NCBI RefSeq assembly: GCF_006345805.1 | Contig: NC_043014.1 | Span: 49,848,001 to 49,912,000 of the forward strand | Reading direction: 5' to 3' | DNA from: Octopus sinensis | Lineage: Eukaryota | Length of the DNA: 64,000 nt | In this document: piece after piece, positions 62,621 to 64,000 of the stretch | Layout of the letters: each line of letters begins with the position of its first letter | Numbering within the stretch: position 1 is the first letter of the stretch | Program-made: the position numbers and the translations under genes | The notes under the pieces: generated by a model | Seen by the model: the letters and a program-made list of their open reading frames with translations, nothing else | What the model was told of the DNA's origin: nothing | Databases searched by the model: none

Positions 62621-63229
62621 GGCCCTTGCAATGTGTATAATCTTTGTAGTGCCCATATCTTTTGAACGACCCTACTTGAGGCAGTGTTCTGCAGTCGGAT
62701 GCTTTTCCTGGTTTTCCCTAAACCCTTACTCGCTTTCAAGTATGGTACTCCACATCTTTGCACATCAAACCACCCAGCTGCCAGACTTTTTGTTTACCCA
62801 GAAGATTAGCAGTGTTATAGCTACCCAGTTGGTGTCAGTGAAAAAGATACAGTAGCACAAACATACATTTGATGTGCTTCATTACAGTTTTCATCTACCA
62901 AACTTTACTGACAAGGTGTTGGTCAATCCAAAGCTATAGACGAAGACATTTGCCCTCCAGTGGGATTGAACCTGGAACCATGTAGTAATGCTTGTATTTA
63001 TTATTACTAGAAGGGGTTTAGTTAGCTATGATACAACTGATATTATTGTCTGTGTTATTATAGACCTCGGTGAGAAAATGCTATCATTTCTACAGGGATT
63101 TCTCTGACAAAATGTTTTTGAGTCATCTCTCTGTCTGACGCTCTCCCAATAAGCCAGATATCTCATGCCTTCGGCTGTCAGATTTTGTTTAACTTCATAC
63201 GACACAGTGCTTATATATTCTGTTACCCC

Positions 63230-63603
63230 ATCTCTCTATATATAAACGGCAGTTTGTCTGTGTGTGTTTCTGTGTGTCTGTTTGGTTGTACCCTCACTCT
63301 GACCACGGCTTTCAACCGATTCTGATGAAACTTGACACACACATAGCCCAATGTCATAATTCAAAACTAACGCAGCGAAAATTTTGAAAAGTTCCCCCAG
63401 TTCTGAAAAAAATCGATAAATTCGACATGGGGTCGATAATCAGAAACACAAACCACAGACTGTCTAGGGGACGCAACTCCACCTTTTTAACTCTCAAAAA
63501 AATTTACCATCATTTTTCCCCCATATTTTGGCTATAACTATCTAAAAATGCTTTATAGTTATTTCCCTTACAAACCCGAGCAACGCCGGGCGATACTGCT
63601 AGT
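63230..63603 (-). mobile_element. Non-autonomous Helitron-type (HINE-like) element
   Basis: Minus strand starts actagcagtatcgcccggcgttgctcgggtttgtaaggg and ends tttatatatagagagat. Confidence 0.65.
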
Positions 63604-63698
63604 CATCAATATAAGTCAAACATCCTTTCTAACACAAACAGTAAAGTGAAATGATAATTTTAGTCCAGTGGTCATTTTATTTTCCTTCTTCTTTCTAG

Positions 63699-63766
63699 CC
63701 CATACTGAACCTGGCGATGACCCAGAAGTTGTCCGAGCAAAATACTTCATTCGTGATGAATTTTTA
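63699..63766 (+). CDS. GNAS: G-alpha-s exon: (A)[22 protein letters not shown]
   Basis: Acceptor cttctttctag and donor gtaagt. 68 nt. Matches G-alpha-s [20 protein letters not shown]. The terminal exon is outside the window. Confidence 0.97.
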
Positions 63767-64000
63767 GTAAGTATACCCCAAATATTCTTTCCTCCTTTCT
63801 CTCATTCCCCATCCCCCAACTGCAGGAAAACCTCCAGCTTAAGAATTGTGGATTTTATACAACATATGTCTTCCAAACGACACAACTGGTTTATCTCATA
63901 AGAGGATTATTGTTGAACCAGCATGGAGATACATGGCTCCATGGTTAGACTGTTTGACTCCTGGTCATAACAATTTGGTTTCAATTCCTAGGTTGGGTGA

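Noticed and set aside
62469-62855. 128-aa ORF downstream of the G4 exon as an alternative GNAS exon
   Set aside because: It overlaps the TGACCT repeat, has no G-alpha similarity, and the canonical exons splice in frame without it.

Overview
Repeat-dense animal genomic DNA, most likely from an octopus/cephalopod (inferred from the tRNA-derived SINE families, microsatellite density and intron structure; no database was searched). The only protein-coding feature I can support is five + strand exons of the G-protein alpha-s subunit gene (GNAS orthologue): 48671-48725, 58323-58396, 60271-60450, 62144-62274 and 63699-63766. All have AG/GT borders and matching phases. I found no upstream exons in 1-48670, and the last exon lies beyond 64000. 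The remainder is apparently intronic: SINE families (labelled A-E and H here), LINE fragments (CR1-, RTE- and RLE-type), TTAA-, TA- and 8/9-bp-TSD MITEs, Helitron-type non-autonomous elements, Penelope-like terminal repeats, a tRNA-Leu(UAG)-derived gene, minisatellites and local duplications. Almost all ORFs in the supplied track are artefacts of repeats. I see no CRISPR, defence or other novel multi-gene system. The best candidates for something undescribed are variant hammerhead-ribozyme-like motifs, a SINE that moves as a fixed dimer or composite, several fold-back structures in the GNAS pre-mRNA, a tRNA-Leu with duplications confined to loops, and a TGACCT cluster.
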